From: Candidatus Latescibacterota bacterium
Lineage (GTDB): Bacteria > Latescibacterota > UBA2968 > UBA8231
Assembly (NCBI GenBank): GCA_965243025.1
Contig: CBDETY010000003.1
Span: 3,040,001-3,104,000 of the forward strand
Reading direction: 5' to 3'
Length of the DNA: 64,000 nt
Below, piece by piece: positions 49,768 to 60,411 of this stretch. The position numbers and the translations under genes are program-made. The notes beneath the pieces are model-generated. The model saw only the letters and a list, made by a program, of their open reading frames with translations. It was not told the DNA's origin and did not search any database. The stretch's first letter is position 1; every line of letters begins with the position of its first letter.

Positions 49768-52380
49768 TCAGAAAGAGACGGTCGCGGTCACCGAAACCGT
49801 GCGCGGAGCCCCCAGCCAGGCGGCATTCTCGGTGATGGCGGACAGGTAAGCCTCGTCGAGCGGATTGTTCGCCACGATCGAGAACTCCGCCGAGCGGAGG
49901 TGATCGCTCAACGCACCGCCCGAGAAACTGACGTAGGCGTCCAGCAGCCAGTAGGCGTCCGTGTCCCAGTCCGCCGCCAGACTGACGCGCCGCGGCGACG
50001 TGTACTTGGCGGACAGCCCGCCGGCGAGCCGTCCGCTGCGGTCGAGGGAGAGGACCCACAGCCGCCCCGGTACGCCGGCGACGTCGGTCCCCGCCACGAT
50101 GCCCTGTTCCTCGTCGACGAGGGGATCCCCGGTGCCGATGTATTTCGAGTCGTTGAACGTGACCGCGGTGTAGAACGAGGTCCGATGGGGCAACGGCACC
50201 GTGGCCGACAGCTCGACACCGCTGGTTTCGATACCGCCGGCGTTGAAGTAGGCTCCGCCACCGGGGATCAGGTAGTTGGGGCCGGCGGTGGTCTGCGGGC
50301 CGAGGTAGAAGATGCGGTTCTGGAAATCGATGGAGTACAAGGCGGCGCTCAGCGCCACCCGTTGGCCGACGTACTGCAGCCCCACGTCGATGTTCGAGGC
50401 GGTCTCGGGTTCGAGGAGGTCCAGGCTCCTGCCGGGGACTTCGAGCAGCGTGCTGCTGATCGCCTTGAAGTTCTCGGCGTAACCGGCGAACAGGTCGAGC
50501 CCCTCCACCGGCGTCTCGTACGTGACGCCCCCTGAGAAGAGCAGATCCGAGTCGGAATCGACTGTCAGCTCCGGGCCGACATCGAACTTGTCCTCGCGCG
50601 ACACGCCGATCCGTAACTGCTTGACGCCGGCGCTCAGGGCCAGCGGGCCGGCGTACAGCGTCTCTTCCAGGTACAACTTGAAGACGTCTTGCGGGAAGTC
50701 CCACTCGTACTGGTGCCAGTAGGCCCGCTCGTCCCACTTGAAGCTGAGCTCCGGATCGAGCATCCGGTGCCAGTCCCGGCCCAAATCGCGCCGCGAGCCC
50801 TCGTACCATATCCCGGCGCGCAAGGCGCTGCCCGCCCCGCCGATGAACGCGGACCACTCCCCGTCGAGGGTTACGCCGAGGCGGTCCTTCCCGTAGTGGC
50901 TGTGGCGGTACGACTGCACGGCCGTGGCCCCCGGGTGGCAGGCCGGGTGGACCTCCGGGCCGCCAGAGCCGTAGTAGTTGTGGATGTAGGAGGACTCGCA
51001 GTCGGGCTCCGGTCCGACTGCAACCCCGTTTCCGTCCACGAAGCGAACCACCCCGAGCTGTTCGCCGCCCCGCACCGGCGGCAGGCCGGCCAACTCCGAC
51101 TCGGGGCCGCCCCCGTCGTCGACCACGTCCACGATGTAAGGGGGCAGCCAGTCGCCGCGGCCCCGGTTGCGGTGGTAGTAGACGCCGGCGCTCAAGTCGA
51201 TGAGCCCGCTCAACGGCCAGTCCGCCTCGAGGTAGGCGAGCGTGTTGGTGCGCCGGGTCTGCCATCCGGGCCGGTAGAACTGGTTCAGGTACGGCACGCC
51301 GGGCCAGTCGCCGACCAGCCGGTCCCAGCGCGGGTTCGCCCGGAAGTTGGCCTCGCTGTAGAGCCGCTGGTAGGTGTCCTCGTGGATATCGTCGAACGAG
51401 AGGTAGCCGGTGAGGCCGATGCCACCGCGCGACGAAACCATCTTGGCGGCGATGTGTTCCCGCTCGTTCCTGGCCGAGCCCTCCACCCAGTCGGTCCCCT
51501 CCTGCCGGACCGCGGCGATCCAGGCGCGCGTCTCACCGCCGAACAGCGGTCCGGTGTCGACCCGCATCGAGAACCGCTGCCCCTCGTTTTCCCCGAGGGT
51601 GGTCGAGGCGGTCCAGGTCCGCTCCGCCGCCGGATCGTCCGTCCGGTAGTCGAAGGTGCCGCCCAGCGCCTCGACCGACCGGGAGGCAATGTCGGCCGTC
51701 CCCTGCGACACCTCGACGCCTCCGAGGTTCATCGGGTCGACGAAGCGGTTCGCCTTGGCGCCGCTGAAGTAGTCGGAGGTGCCGTTGGGAAAGCCGTCGA
51801 CGGTCGTGCCGATCTGCGCCTCGCTGATGGTCACCTGGAAGCCGCGCACGACGACGTTGTTCGACCAGTCGTCGAACCCGTACGCGTCCCCCTCCTGGAC
51901 CGATACCCCGGGAAGGTTGTCCACCACGGCCGCGACGCTGGTGATTTTCGACTGCTGCCGGATCATCGGCGCCGGAACGACGTTGCGCGCGAAGGTCCGG
52001 GGTTCGTCGGCGACCACGCTGAGCGTATCGAGCAGCAGCGGGACCTCCAGAACGAGCGGGACGGTTTGGGTGGCCCCAGCGGTGACCGAGACCCGGCGCT
52101 CGACCGGATCGAATCCCGGCAGGGTCGCCGTCACGAGATAGTCGCCGGGGGCAAGGCCGGTGAACCCGTAGGAGCCGGCGGCGTCCGTCACGCTTTCCCC
52201 GCGCGCGCCGGAACCGGTCGCCGTCACCAGGACGCCGGGCAGGGAGAAGCCGTTCTCGTCGACGACCGTGCCCTCGATTTTTCCGGTTGTCTGGGCGGTT
52301 GCGGGGGCCGCCGCCGACACCAGGGCGGCGAGGATTCCGAGAAGGGCGGGGGTGAGTGCTCGCGGTATTGCGGTCTTCAT
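49768..52380 (-). CDS. TonB-dependent receptor
   Basis: Signal peptide, carboxypeptidase-regulatory-like domain, plug LPGV...VRGF, LEPET, C-terminal PRTVSVTATVSF. Confidence 0.92.
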   Translation of the reverse strand: MKTAIPRALTPALLGILAALVSAAAPATAQTTGKIEGTVVDENGFSLPGVLVTATGSGARGESVTDAAGSYGFTGLAPGDYLVTATLPGFDPVERRVSVTAGATQTVPLVLEVPLLLDTLSVVADEPRTFARNVVPAPMIRQQSKITSVAAVVDNLPGVSVQEGDAYGFDDWSNNVVVRGFQVTISEAQIGTTVDGFPNGTSDYFSGAKANRFVDPMNLGGVEVSQGTADIASRSVEALGGTFDYRTDDPAAERTWTASTTLGENEGQRFSMRVDTGPLFGGETRAWIAAVRQEGTDWVEGSARNEREHIAAKMVSSRGGIGLTGYLSFDDIHEDTYQRLYSEANFRANPRWDRLVGDWPGVPYLNQFYRPGWQTRRTNTLAYLEADWPLSGLIDLSAGVYYHRNRGRGDWLPPYIVDVVDDGGGPESELAGLPPVRGGEQLGVVRFVDGNGVAVGPEPDCESSYIHNYYGSGGPEVHPACHPGATAVQSYRHSHYGKDRLGVTLDGEWSAFIGGAGSALRAGIWYEGSRRDLGRDWHRMLDPELSFKWDERAYWHQYEWDFPQDVFKLYLEETLYAGPLALSAGVKQLRIGVSREDKFDVGPELTVDSDSDLLFSGGVTYETPVEGLDLFAGYAENFKAISSTLLEVPGRSLDLLEPETASNIDVGLQYVGQRVALSAALYSIDFQNRIFYLGPQTTAGPNYLIPGGGAYFNAGGIETSGVELSATVPLPHRTSFYTAVTFNDSKYIGTGDPLVDEEQGIVAGTDVAGVPGRLWVLSLDRSGRLAGGLSAKYTSPRRVSLAADWDTDAYWLLDAYVSFSGGALSDHLRSAEFSIVANNPLDEAYLSAITENAAWLGAPRTVSVTATVSF

Positions 52381-52478
52381 CTCACTGTTTCCTCCCTTGA
52401 TGTTCCGGATTCCGGAACAAGGACAGGGAAACCGTCACGAAGGTCGATACGACCCATTATACCACCAAAAATAAAGTT

Positions 52479-54080
52479 TTACTTCCCGACGAACCGCGCC
52501 CGGATCTCCCGGCTTTCCCGGTAACCGATGCGGATGGCGCGCGCCCGCAACTCGTGGTTTCCCGATGACAGACGGATCGGTTCGGTGTAGAGCCGCCACC
52601 GCGGACTGTCCCCCGTGTCGCGGGTATAGGCGATGGAGGCTCCCTGCGTGGCACAGTGAAGCTGAACCAGCATGGGGCCTGCGAAGGTCCCCCCCTCCGG
52701 GGCCGGTTCGATCCCCGGGCTTTCGGGGCTGATCGGCACGCAAACCACCGGGGCGGTTTCGGGCTGCCGGCCGTCCGGATACCAGCTCCGGACCATTTCG
52801 CTCTCCGGTATGCGGCCCATGTCCCCCACCTCCTCCAGCCAGCCGTCGAGCGCGCAACGCATGCGCTGCAACTCGTCCCGCCACCGGGGATCGGCCGCCA
52901 GGTTGTGGATCTCGTGGGGGTCGGCCTCCGTGTCGTACAGCTCTTCGACCGGTCTCGGATACCGGAACAGCGCCGACTGCGCCTCGTCCAGCGCTCCCTC
53001 CAGGTGCAGCCGCCACAGCTCCTGGACGATGGGATGCCGGTTGCGGTAGGGAATCCAGCCAAGGTAAGGAAGGTCCGGCCGGTAGTTCCGGATGTACTTG
53101 AAGCGGCGGTCCCGAACGGCGCGGACCATGTCGTAGGACTCGTCGTGGCGGTCCCTGCTGGCATGGACGAAATCGCGCGGGGGGCAAGCCTGGTCTCCCA
53201 GGAACGCGCGGCCCTGGAGGTGGCGCGGGATCCCGACTCCGGCAAGGGAAAGCACGGTGGGCCCGAGATCTACCGTGCTTACCAGCTCATCCCGTACCTC
53301 CCCCGGTGCCAGACCCGGTCCCCGAACGATCAGTGGGACGTGGATGCCGGCGTCGTAGGGCCAGCGTTTGCCCCGCGGCAGGGGACCGTGATCGCTCCAG
53401 TTGAATACCCAGGTGTTCCCCGCCAGCCCGTCCTCTTCCAGCTGGCGAAGGAGCGCCCCGAACTCCCGGTCGTTGTGAGCGATGTGGGTGTACATGCGCG
53501 CCATGGCCTCCCGCACCGCCGGCGTGTCCGGGAGATAGGGCGGCGGTTGGATGTCGCCGGGATCGAACTCCGGTGAAGGACACCTTTCCGGCCAGGCCCC
53601 GCTCTCGTGGCTGCGCACGAGGTTGAACACCGCGAAGAACGGCTGTTCCGGATCGGGGCGGTGGCGCCAGTGGGCGTGCGGTCCGAGCTCGTCCCAAGCC
53701 GTCACCGGCGGCTCGAACTGGTAGTCGGTCTTTGCGTTGTTAGTGCAGTAGTAGCCGGCGGCGCGCAGATATTCGGTGAAGCACTTGACGTAGTGGGGAA
53801 CCACCGCCGAGTAAGGCGTGGGCATCTCCGGGGCGGCGGGATGGACGTGCGTGGTCCGCATGTGGTGCGTGCCGATGGAGACGGCGTACATCCCGGTGAT
53901 GATCGCCGAGCGCGCCGGCGCGCATACCCCCGCCGTGGAGAAACAGTTGGTCCACCGCCACCCCTGAGCCGCGAAGCGGTCGATGTTCGGCGTACGCGCT
54001 ACCGGATCGCCGTAGCAACCGTAGAACGGACCGGTGTCCTCGAACGAAATCCAGAGAATGTTCGGGGGTTGGGATGGCAC
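52479..54080 (-). CDS. Cys-type sulfatase
   Basis: PNILWI, TPNID, CAPARSAIITG, SDHG, ELYD. Confidence 0.95.
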   Translation of the reverse strand: MPSQPPNILWISFEDTGPFYGCYGDPVARTPNIDRFAAQGWRWTNCFSTAGVCAPARSAIITGMYAVSIGTHHMRTTHVHPAAPEMPTPYSAVVPHYVKCFTEYLRAAGYYCTNNAKTDYQFEPPVTAWDELGPHAHWRHRPDPEQPFFAVFNLVRSHESGAWPERCPSPEFDPGDIQPPPYLPDTPAVREAMARMYTHIAHNDREFGALLRQLEEDGLAGNTWVFNWSDHGPLPRGKRWPYDAGIHVPLIVRGPGLAPGEVRDELVSTVDLGPTVLSLAGVGIPRHLQGRAFLGDQACPPRDFVHASRDRHDESYDMVRAVRDRRFKYIRNYRPDLPYLGWIPYRNRHPIVQELWRLHLEGALDEAQSALFRYPRPVEELYDTEADPHEIHNLAADPRWRDELQRMRCALDGWLEEVGDMGRIPESEMVRSWYPDGRQPETAPVVCVPISPESPGIEPAPEGGTFAGPMLVQLHCATQGASIAYTRDTGDSPRWRLYTEPIRLSSGNHELRARAIRIGYRESREIRARFVGK

Positions 54081-54135
54081 GGTGACCTCGGTTCACAGTG
54101 CAGGTCAGTCCTTGCGGGGGCTGCGCGGACCCTTC

Positions 54136-54210
54136 ATTTCTTCGTGCTGTGCCCCAATATCCCCCGCTGCCATCAGTTTGCCAAATACATCCGTAAGGGC
54201 CTGGACAGAC
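54136..54210 (-). pseudogene. XRE-regulator paralogue fragment
   Basis: QALTDVFGKLMAA and GILGHST match the C-terminal parts of 60994..61758. Confidence 0.6.
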
Positions 54211-54577
54211 TCTGAAGTGCCCTGGGATTCGAATCACCCATGCGCTGACAGCCTGCGGAAAGGGTGGCGGTGGATATCCCGGATTTCCAACGGCTTGTCA
54301 GCCACTGCGGGGAGGAGCCGTGGAACGCGATTGCCGGGTGCATGCTCCTTTCGCGCAAAGTTGGCTTCGAGTTATAAGATCTCCTGAGGAAAGGGCCTGC
54401 AGCTGGTCCCTCCGCACCGCCTGGTCAGGATCGCGGCACTTCGGGCTTTCCCACCAGACTGCAGGCCCTTTCCTCAACATTTCCCCGTTCCGCGCCACCA
54501 CCCCGGAAACCGGTTTCTCTTCCTTTCCCGGGACGATTCACAAAGGATTTTTTCCGGTTGCCCCGGCCTCTCCCGGA

Positions 54578-56050
54578 TCAGGATAACTCCTCGGCCCCGA
54601 ACCTCTCGGCCATCCCCAGGGTTTCGCGCACGTCGTCCCAGGTGGTGGTGTGGTTGAGAATGCACATCCTGAGGGAGAACGTCCCCCGGAGCAGGGTCGA
54701 CGATATGAAGGCGCGGTCATTCCAGAAGATCTTGGCGAGCACGGTCCGGTTGACCTGTTCCAAGGATTCCTCGCCGACCGGAGTTCCGTCGGGGTTGATG
54801 CGAAAACAGACGATTCCCAGCGAGGCCGGAGTCAGGAGTTCCAGGGTCCGGCTCTCGCGGACGTACTCTTCGGCCCGGATGGCCAGCTCCATCCCCTTGG
54901 AAACCGCCCGCCGGAAGGCCGCCATTCCGAAGGTCTGGACCGACATCCAAACCTTCAGGGCGCGAAAGGAGCGGCTCAGTTGCAGGCCGCGGTCCGAGAC
55001 GTTGGGGTGGTTCGCACCCCACACCGTGTCCTGAAGGATGTCGTGGTGAACGCCGAAAGCCTTTTCGAGGGTACGTGCCTCCTTCACCAGCAGGCAGCCG
55101 GCCTCGTACGGTTGAAAGAACCATTTATGAGCGTCCAGCCCGATCGAATCGGCGCGCTCGATTCCGCCTAACAGCCTGTGGCCTTCCTCGGTCACCGCGG
55201 CGAAACCTCCGTACGCCGCGTCGACGTGCAGCCAGATCCCTTCGGCTTCGCAGAAGTCGGCCATCTCCCCGAGCGGATCGATGGCCCCGGTGCTTGCCGC
55301 CCCGGCGTTGGCGCATATCGCAATGGGCTCGAAACCCGCGGTCCGGTCCTCGGTCACGGCGCGCGCGAGTCGGTCCAGATCCATGCGGAATCGTTCATCG
55401 CAGGGAATCAGGCGCAGGCAATCCTGACGCACCCCGATGATCCGGGCGGCTCGTACATGAGCGCTGTGGCTCTGGTCGCTCATGTACACCGTTGGGCGCC
55501 CCGGATGTCCGGCGGATTCCCGGGCGGCGACGAAAGCGTCGAGGCTGGCCGCCGAGCCCCCGCTCGTGAACAGCCCCCCGGCGCTTTCCGGGTAGCCGAG
55601 CCAGCGTCGCACCCAGTCGATGACGACCAGCTCGAGATGAGTGGGGCCGCTCGCCACCAGCCAGGTGCAGGCGTTGATGTTGTACCCGGCCGCCATGAAG
55701 TCGGCCAGCACCCCGGGCCAGGTCGGCTCCGAGGGAATGAAGCCGAAGCAGCGGGGGTGGTCATTCCGCAACGCCAGCGGGAGAATCTCGCGGGCGGCCT
55801 GCTCGATGACCTCCTTGGGAGGCCGGCCCTCTTCGGGCGGGTCCTGCTCCAGCCGCGCCTCGAGCACCTGCCGGAATTCCCCGTCCCACGCGGTTTCTCC
55901 CGGCAGGCTCTCGATCCGCTCTACCACGAGGGCGGCTGCCTTGCGAGCGAGATCGAGCATGACCTCGGGGGCCATCCGGAGGCCGTCCAGGTTCATCGCC
56001 GGAGGGCGAGGTGGATGACGTTCCCGTTTCTCCCCTGTTGGTCCTGACAT
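54578..56050 (-). CDS. PLP-dependent group II (aromatic-L-amino-acid-like) decarboxylase
   Basis: HPRCFGF, TSGGS, TGAIDP, LHVDAAYGG, DAHKW. Confidence 0.92.
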   Translation of the reverse strand: MSGPTGEKRERHPPRPPAMNLDGLRMAPEVMLDLARKAAALVVERIESLPGETAWDGEFRQVLEARLEQDPPEEGRPPKEVIEQAAREILPLALRNDHPRCFGFIPSEPTWPGVLADFMAAGYNINACTWLVASGPTHLELVVIDWVRRWLGYPESAGGLFTSGGSAASLDAFVAARESAGHPGRPTVYMSDQSHSAHVRAARIIGVRQDCLRLIPCDERFRMDLDRLARAVTEDRTAGFEPIAICANAGAASTGAIDPLGEMADFCEAEGIWLHVDAAYGGFAAVTEEGHRLLGGIERADSIGLDAHKWFFQPYEAGCLLVKEARTLEKAFGVHHDILQDTVWGANHPNVSDRGLQLSRSFRALKVWMSVQTFGMAAFRRAVSKGMELAIRAEEYVRESRTLELLTPASLGIVCFRINPDGTPVGEESLEQVNRTVLAKIFWNDRAFISSTLLRGTFSLRMCILNHTTTWDDVRETLGMAERFGAEELS

Positions 56051-56123
56051 GCTTATGCCCGGTTTTTGGTCATCGTTTTTCGTTAGTCATCGTTTTTCGT
56101 CCCGGGACGGTTCACGAGGGATT

Positions 56124-56411
56124 TTACCGTCTGGTTAATTGCGTTCCTATGGCAAACACCCCCAATCCTGTGAAGGAAAGCCCAACCAGTTTTTTAGCGC
56201 CCCCGTGCAGTTCTTCCAACCCCAGAAAACAGGCAACCAGAACGAAACCACACCAGATCCAACAAGTGATTCCGCATGCCAGAAAACCAACACGCCAATA
56301 CGTAAATCCTTTAAATCGAGGTCTGGTTTTCAGGTAGATCGTCAGTCCGGTCAAAATTATGATTGCCCCAACGAACTGCGAGAAGACTGCTAAAACCAGA
56401 ACAATCGCCAA
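56124..56411 (-). CDS. Small membrane protein or fragment
   Basis: Three hydrophobic segments, low GC, TTG start. Confidence 0.45.
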   Translation of the reverse strand: MAIVLVLAVFSQFVGAIIILTGLTIYLKTRPRFKGFTYWRVGFLACGITCWIWCGFVLVACFLGLEELHGGAKKLVGLSFTGLGVFAIGTQLTRR

Positions 56412-57077
56412 ACTTGTCTCTGCTTCCGCGGGAAAAAGACGGTGATGGCAGGCTACCGGGGGGAAGGATCCCCCCCCGAGGGAACCAGGGGGATCAGATT
56501 GAAATACCTGGTTACCCTCGATACTTCATCCTCTCGCCCCCGGTAGCGCCAGGTTCGGGCTGCCGGGAGGTTCCTGGCCTGCAGGCCGGCCGCCGACACA
56601 CAAGACAGAACCGGCCTGCAGGACCATGACCCCGTTACCCCCCGGCAGCCATCTGGGGGATCCTGTACAGCCACGGGTCTCCCCATACCGTTCGTGGCCA
56701 CCACTCTCCGGGACGGACGGTCGGGCCTGCTTGCGGCTGCCTGGCCTCTTCCTGGGCGGCCGGAGCCGCTCGGGAGATTTCCCTGTCGTGATCCTCCATC
56801 CGGGGATCGGCGCCCTCGCCGTTCAGGCGTATCGTGGATGTCATTACAGTTGCGTCCTTTTTCGAGCGACCCCACCTGCTGAGAATATTGTATTTACTTT
56901 ACTGAAAATTGCATGACTTTAGTGTGAATTAGTCACCGACTAAGGCGATCATTACGTGAATTTTCAGAATAGGCAGGCGAAGTCTGTTACAGGCCCGCCT
57001 TCCGGATCCTCAAGCGGCCGGTCCGGCTGTCTCCCCGGAAGGAAAGGCGCGCTCGCCTGAAGGAAGGAGGACGTACG

Positions 57078-59444
57078 ATGAACAGTGCCCGGGACCCGAA
57101 GTCAGAGAAGAATCCGCGGGAGCTGATGTCCCGCCTGAGCACGGCCATGCTTCGCATCAGCGCCAGCCTCGACCTCGATACCGTCCTGCGCGAAATCATG
57201 GAGACCGCCCGCGACCTGACCGGCGCCGGCTACGGGGGCATCACAACCATCGACGAGGCGGGGGCTCCCCAGGACTTCGTCACCTCCGGTCTCACGGAGG
57301 AGGAGCACCGTCAGTTGGCGGAGTGGCCCGACGGCCCGCGGCTCTTCGAGCACTTCCGCGACTTGCCCGGAGTGCTGAGGTTGTCGGACGTGAGCGCGTT
57401 TGTGCGCTCCCTTGGCTTTTCCATGGACTCCCTGCCGATCAGGAACTCCAAGACCTTTCAGGGCACGCCGATGCGCCATCAGGGTGTGCACGTCGGCAAC
57501 TTCTATCTCGTCGACAAGCAGGGCGGCCGGGAATTCACCAGCGAGGACGAAGAAGTCCTGGTTCTGTTCGCTTCACAGGCCGGGACGGCGATCGCCAACG
57601 CGCGCACCTACCGGGCCGAGCAGCAGGCCCGCGCCAACCTCGAGGCCCTGGTCGAAACCTCCCCGGTGGGCGTGGTGGTCTTTGATGCGCGAACCGGCCA
57701 TGCCGGGTCGTTCAATCGCGAGATGAAGCGGATCCTGGAAAGCCTGCGCACACCCGGCCGGCCACTGGAGGATTTGCTCGGGCTGATCACCTGCCGCCGC
57801 GCTGACGGAAGCGAGATCGCCCTCGACCGATTCCCGCTCTCCGGGGTGTTGAGCACCGCCGAGGCGGCGCGCGCCGAGGAAATCGTGCTCTCCATCCCCG
57901 ACGGCCGGTGTGTCTCGACGCTGATGAACGCCACCCCGATCCACGCCGGGGACGGCACGGTCGCCTCGGTGGTCGTCACCCTGCAGGACCTGGCGCCGCT
58001 GGAGGAGCAGGAGCGCATGCGGGCCGAGTTCCTTGGCCTGGTCAGCCATGAGCTGCGCACACCGCTGACCTCCATCAAGGGTTCGACCGCCGCGGTGCTC
58101 GGCGCCTCGCGGCCCTTCGACCCGGCCGAGATCCAGCAGTTCTTCCGCATCATCGACCAGCAGGCCGATCACATGAGCGGTCTGATCAGCGACCTGCTGG
58201 ATGTGGGGCGCATCGACACGGGCACGCTTTCGGTCGCCCCGGAGCCTTCCGAGGTGGGCCCGGTGGTGGATCAAGCGAGAAACACGTTCCTCAGCGGCGG
58301 CGGCCGACACACCGTCTTCATCGACCTGCCGCCCGACCTGCCCCGGGTCATGGCCGACCGGGGGCGCATCGGCCAGGTGCTGAACAATCTCTTCTCCAAC
58401 GCCGCCCGGTACGCCCCGGAGTCCTCGCCCATCCGGGTCGCCGCCGAGCGCGACGGGGTGCATGTGGCGGTCTCGGTGTCCGACGAAGGCGCCGGCCTTC
58501 CGCCGGAGCGGCTGGCGCAGCTGTTTCGGAAGTATTCCAGGGCCGCGGATGGGGACCGGGAGACCGGGACAGGAGGTTCCGGCCTCGGCCTGGCCATCTG
58601 CAAGGGACTGGTGGAGGCGCACGGAGGCCGCATCCGGGCAACCAGCGGGGGGGTCGGCCAGGGCTCGAGGTTCACCTTCACCCTTCCGGTCACCGAGGAG
58701 GCCGGGGGCGACTCCGCCACCGATTCTGCTCTCCGGGGGCCAGGGCCGCTTCGGCAGGGGCGGGACAAGGCGCGCATCCTCGTGGTGGACGACGATCCGC
58801 AGACCTTGCGCTACGTTCGAGACACCCTCTCAGATGCAGGCTTCGACCCCCTGGTCACCGGGGATCCTGAAAACCTGTCGAGCATCCTTCGCATCGAAAA
58901 ACCCGAGTTGGTCCTGCTCGACCTGATGTTGCCCGAGACGGACGGCATCGAGCTGATGGACCGCGTACCCGAACTGGCCGATCGGCCGGTCATCTTCATC
59001 TCGGCTTATGGAAGGGACGAAACCATTGCCAGGGCGCTGGAAACCGGGGCCGCCGACTACCTTGTCAAGCCCTTCTCGCCGACGGAGCTGACGGCGAGGA
59101 TCCGGGCCGTGCTGCGCAGGCAGGCGGAACCGGAACCCTTCCTGCTGGGGGAGTTGGCAATCGACTACGACCGGCGACGGGTGACCATGGCCGGCATCCC
59201 GGTGGACCTGACGGCCACCGAGTACGAGTTGCTGCGGGTCCTCTCGCTCAACGCGGGACGGGTTTCCTCCTACGAGGACCTGCTCCGCCGCGTCTGGAGC
59301 GGGAAGGGCTACCGGGACCCGAAACTCGTGCGGGCTTTCATAAAAAAACTCCGACGAAAACTGGGGGACGACGCAGCCAGGCCGGCTTACATCCGGACCG
59401 AGCGCGGGGTCGGGTACCGCATGGGCACACCGGGAGTTTCCTGA
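57078..59444 (+). CDS. Hybrid sensor-regulator GAF-PAS-HisKA-HATPase-REC-OmpR winged helix
   Basis: SHELRTPL, NLFSNA, DEGAG, GSGLGL, VVDDD, LLDLMLP, KPF, LTATEYELL, RTERGVGY. Confidence 0.93.
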   Translation: MNSARDPKSEKNPRELMSRLSTAMLRISASLDLDTVLREIMETARDLTGAGYGGITTIDEAGAPQDFVTSGLTEEEHRQLAEWPDGPRLFEHFRDLPGVLRLSDVSAFVRSLGFSMDSLPIRNSKTFQGTPMRHQGVHVGNFYLVDKQGGREFTSEDEEVLVLFASQAGTAIANARTYRAEQQARANLEALVETSPVGVVVFDARTGHAGSFNREMKRILESLRTPGRPLEDLLGLITCRRADGSEIALDRFPLSGVLSTAEAARAEEIVLSIPDGRCVSTLMNATPIHAGDGTVASVVVTLQDLAPLEEQERMRAEFLGLVSHELRTPLTSIKGSTAAVLGASRPFDPAEIQQFFRIIDQQADHMSGLISDLLDVGRIDTGTLSVAPEPSEVGPVVDQARNTFLSGGGRHTVFIDLPPDLPRVMADRGRIGQVLNNLFSNAARYAPESSPIRVAAERDGVHVAVSVSDEGAGLPPERLAQLFRKYSRAADGDRETGTGGSGLGLAICKGLVEAHGGRIRATSGGVGQGSRFTFTLPVTEEAGGDSATDSALRGPGPLRQGRDKARILVVDDDPQTLRYVRDTLSDAGFDPLVTGDPENLSSILRIEKPELVLLDLMLPETDGIELMDRVPELADRPVIFISAYGRDETIARALETGAADYLVKPFSPTELTARIRAVLRRQAEPEPFLLGELAIDYDRRRVTMAGIPVDLTATEYELLRVLSLNAGRVSSYEDLLRRVWSGKGYRDPKLVRAFIKKLRRKLGDDAARPAYIRTERGVGYRMGTPGVS

Positions 59445-59758
59445 AGGCGTCCATTCCGTTGCTGCCGCTGCTTCGGACTTTTCATTCCTACGTGCTGTGC
59501 ACCAGTATCCCCGACATCCTCCCTGGAGCTCGCCTGACATAGGGCCTTGGTTATAACCGCCAGGCCGGAGCTCACCTCTGCTTGTATCCGAGGTCGCCAC
59601 CCTCCAACAGGGCCTGTGGCTGTAAATGTTTCAAAATTCCGTGTATTCATCTTCTTCTGAAACAAATCCCCCCTCGCCCGCTCTTATTGTTCCAAAAGCC
59701 ACACAATTTTCCATTCCTGGTTTGTCCGTCGGATACAGTCGGACGAAGGAGCCAAACC

Positions 59759-60260
59759 ATGAAAAGCTTGCCATTTCACCGTGCTGAGTTTCCTCCTGTT
59801 GACGGCGTCGAATGCCATGGCGGAGAACGAGGTAGAAATCCTGGCGGTTTCAGTACCCATCCTAGCTTTAGCCGGTCTGTTCGTCTTTCTCACTCTGAGG
59901 TATTACTTCCAGAGCAAGGTCCAGAGAGCCGCGATCGAGAAGGGCCAGCCGGTTCCTCTTCGTCAGCCGGCTGATGCCCGCAAGCCAGGGTTGATCCTTA
60001 TCGCGCTGGGCCTTGGCTACGTGGTTGTTGCTTCTTCCGGGGTCGGCGGTCCTCTTCCAAGCGGTCCCCTTCCAAGCGGTCTCCTTCCAAATGGTGCATG
60101 CGGCTTCATCCCTCTGTTCATCGGCATCAGCTTGCTGGTATTCCACTATCTGAAGGTCAAAGACGACAGGTCGTACGAGGAGAAACCCGAGGTTTCCGGA
60201 GGAAATGCCGCCGCCAGCCCCCCAGCGACCCGTTCCGCATCGGATTCCCAGGACGCTTAG
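59759..60260 (+). pseudogene. DUF6249-like membrane protein, copy 1 (+1 frameshift after codon 5)
   Basis: ATGAAAAGCTTGCCATTTCACC vs ATGAAAAGCTTGCCATTCATC in copy 2; GTG 59781 could rescue it. Confidence 0.7.
60048..60092 (+). repeat. 3 x 15-bp tandem repeat (GPLPS GPLPS GLLPN)
   Basis: GGTCCTCTTCCAAGC GGTCCCCTTCCAAGC GGTCTCCTTCCAAAT; single unit in copy 2. Confidence 0.85.
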
Positions 60261-60411
60261 GAATGCAGATCCCAGGGGTTCTGACAGGAATCGCTGCTGA
60301 GCCGGATCGCCGGGCAGAATCGGCGTCCTGATGGCGACATATTTCTGCGACCGGACGTCAGTTTTGAAAAACAGGAGGGACTATCTCACAGTCATCGGTC
60401 CGAGGGACAGA

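Larger units (their letters stand above)
59488..60342. repeat. Deleted tandem copy of the 60994-64000 module
   Basis: XRE 3' end (59488-59563) joined to anti-sigma 3' end (59560-59612, matches 62135-62187) joined to a copy of 63309-64000. Confidence 0.85.
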
